DNA from: an uncultured Granulicatella sp.
GTDB taxonomy: Bacteria > Bacillota > Bacilli > Lactobacillales > Aerococcaceae
DNA length: 64,000 bases
Assembly (NCBI RefSeq): GCF_963515095.1
Contig: NZ_CAUPXD010000003.1
Span: forward strand, 7,568 to 71,567
Direction: 5' to 3'
Made by a program: the position numbers and the translations under genes. Within the stretch, counting starts at the first letter, position 1; each line of letters starts with the position of its first letter. The notes beneath the pieces were generated by a model. It saw only the letters and a program-made list of their open reading frames with translations, did no database searches and was not told the origin of the DNA. Below, one piece after another: positions 62,693-64,000 of the stretch.

Positions 62693-63397
62693 ATGTTAGA
62701 AGTAAAAGATTTAAGTGTACATTATGGCATGATTCAAGCCGTTAAAGATGTAAGCTTTACTGTTAACGAAGGAGAAATTGTTTCTCTAATCGGTGCTAAT
62801 GGTGCTGGAAAATCAACCATTTTAAAAACTTTATCAGGTTTGGTACGTCCAAGCGCTGGAACAATTGAATATTTAGGTCAAGATATTACGAAATTACCTG
62901 CGAAAAAAATTGTTTCATTAGGTTTAGCACAAGTTCCAGAAGGTCGTCACGTATTTAGAGGACTTTCGGTAAAAGAAAACCTTGATTTAGGAGCATTTTT
63001 AAGAAATGATAAAGAGGAAATTCAAAAAGATATGAAAGCAATCTTTGAGAGATTCCCAATTTTAGAAGAACGAAAAAATCAAGATGCTGCGACATTATCA
63101 GGTGGGGAACAACAAATGTTAGCGATGGGACGTGCGCTAATGACTCGTCCAAAATTATTGTTATTAGATGAACCATCAATGGGATTAGCACCAATTTTCA
63201 TTAAAGAAATCTTCAATATCATTCAAGAAATTCAAAAACAAGGAACAACTGTATTACTAATTGAGCAAAATGCAAAAATGGCATTATCGATTGCATCAAG
63301 AGGGTATGTATTAGAAACAGGATCTGTGGTATTATCAGGTACAGGTAAGGAATTACTTGAAAGTGAAGATGTTCAAAAAGCATATTTAGGGGGATAA
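62693..63397 (+). CDS. livF: BCAA ABC ATPase
   Basis: GANGAGKST, VPEGR, LSGGEQQM, DEPSMGLAP. Confidence 0.96.
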   Translation: MLEVKDLSVHYGMIQAVKDVSFTVNEGEIVSLIGANGAGKSTILKTLSGLVRPSAGTIEYLGQDITKLPAKKIVSLGLAQVPEGRHVFRGLSVKENLDLGAFLRNDKEEIQKDMKAIFERFPILEERKNQDAATLSGGEQQMLAMGRALMTRPKLLLLDEPSMGLAPIFIKEIFNIIQEIQKQGTTVLLIEQNAKMALSIASRGYVLETGSVVLSGTGKELLESEDVQKAYLGG

Positions 63398-63399
63398 TC

Positions 63400-64000
63400 A
63401 TGGAAGTAAAAGATTATATGTCAACAAACTTAATAACGGTTGAACCAAATACAACGGTTATGAAAGCATTAGATTTAATGAAAGAACATGATGTGCATCG
63501 TCTTCCAGTCGTTGAAGGAGACAAATTAGTAGGATTATTAACAGCTGAATTAGTAGCTCAAAACTCACCTTCAATGGCAACAAGTTTAAGTGTGCATGAA
63601 TTAAACTACTTATTAAATAAAACAACTGCTAAAGATATTATGTTGAAACAAGTCATTACTGTAAAACCAACTGCTGTCTTAGAAGAAGCTGCTTCTATTA
63701 TGAGACAACAAGGAATTGGCGTTTTACCAGTTCTTGAATCCAGAGGAAACTTAGTAGGAATTATTACTGATAAAGATATTATGGATGCGTTCATTGATAT
63801 TTCAGGTTATAACACTCCGGGTTCTCGTTTATTTATCGAAATTAATGAAGATAAACCTGGACCATTAGAAGATATCTCAAATGTTTTACGTGATCATAAT
63901 GTCAATGTAGATACCATTTCTGTGTATCACCGTGAAGGAAAAGTACAAGTAGTACTTCACGTAGATTCTGAAAATCCAGATGAAGTAGCAGACTTTATCG
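63400..64000 (+). CDS. CBS-pair plus ACT domain protein (AcuB-like), 3' end outside the window
   Basis: MEVKDYMS..HRLPVV..LVGLL..SPSMATSLSVHELNYLL..GIITDKD..EDKPG; open to the window end. Confidence 0.9.
   Translation, partial: MEVKDYMSTNLITVEPNTTVMKALDLMKEHDVHRLPVVEGDKLVGLLTAELVAQNSPSMATSLSVHELNYLLNKTTAKDIMLKQVITVKPTAVLEEAASIMRQQGIGVLPVLESRGNLVGIITDKDIMDAFIDISGYNTPGSRLFIEINEDKPGPLEDISNVLRDHNVNVDTISVYHREGKVQVVLHVDSENPDEVADFI

Noticed and set aside
739..63794. Many short antisense or nested ORFs in the track (e.g. 3189-3629, 7868-8242, 43144-43503, 48532-48963)
   Set aside because: They lie within or opposite well-supported genes, with no RBS or motifs.

Overview
Chromosomal window from a low-GC Gram-positive lactic acid bacterium. 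Gene content and order suggest an oral Carnobacteriaceae/Aerococcaceae member such as Granulicatella (inference only). Housekeeping blocks: glmS; ptp-AI-2E-tadA; ffs-helD-dnaX-ybaB-recR; glmU-prs; cysE-cysS-mrnC-rlmB-NYN; a YclJK-like two-component system; and a liv ABC operon. These alternate with accessory modules: TPP riboswitch-tenA; M-box-mgtA; a type I toxin-antitoxin locus beside a VirD4 relic; a mosaic L-fucose operon lacking an aldolase; a PL8 hyaluronate lyase; a frameshifted lipoprotein; a gmu-like PTS/GH1/manA cluster; a CLC-F fluoride exporter; and a ClbS/DfsB gene. Regulatory RNAs are dense (glmS ribozyme, TPP, M-box, SRP RNA, PyrR attenuator, antitoxin sRNA). The most striking unexplained signals are: (i) a four-copy modular, highly structured repeat downstream of genes, with many compensatory base changes; (ii) a 25-codon MPEPD leader ORF between the M-box riboswitch and mgtA; (iii) an unannotated holin-like type I toxin with an overlapping upstream ORF and a 5'/3' fold-back. 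No rRNA, tRNA, CRISPR array or intact transposase was seen. All homology calls come from motif recognition and memory, not database searches.
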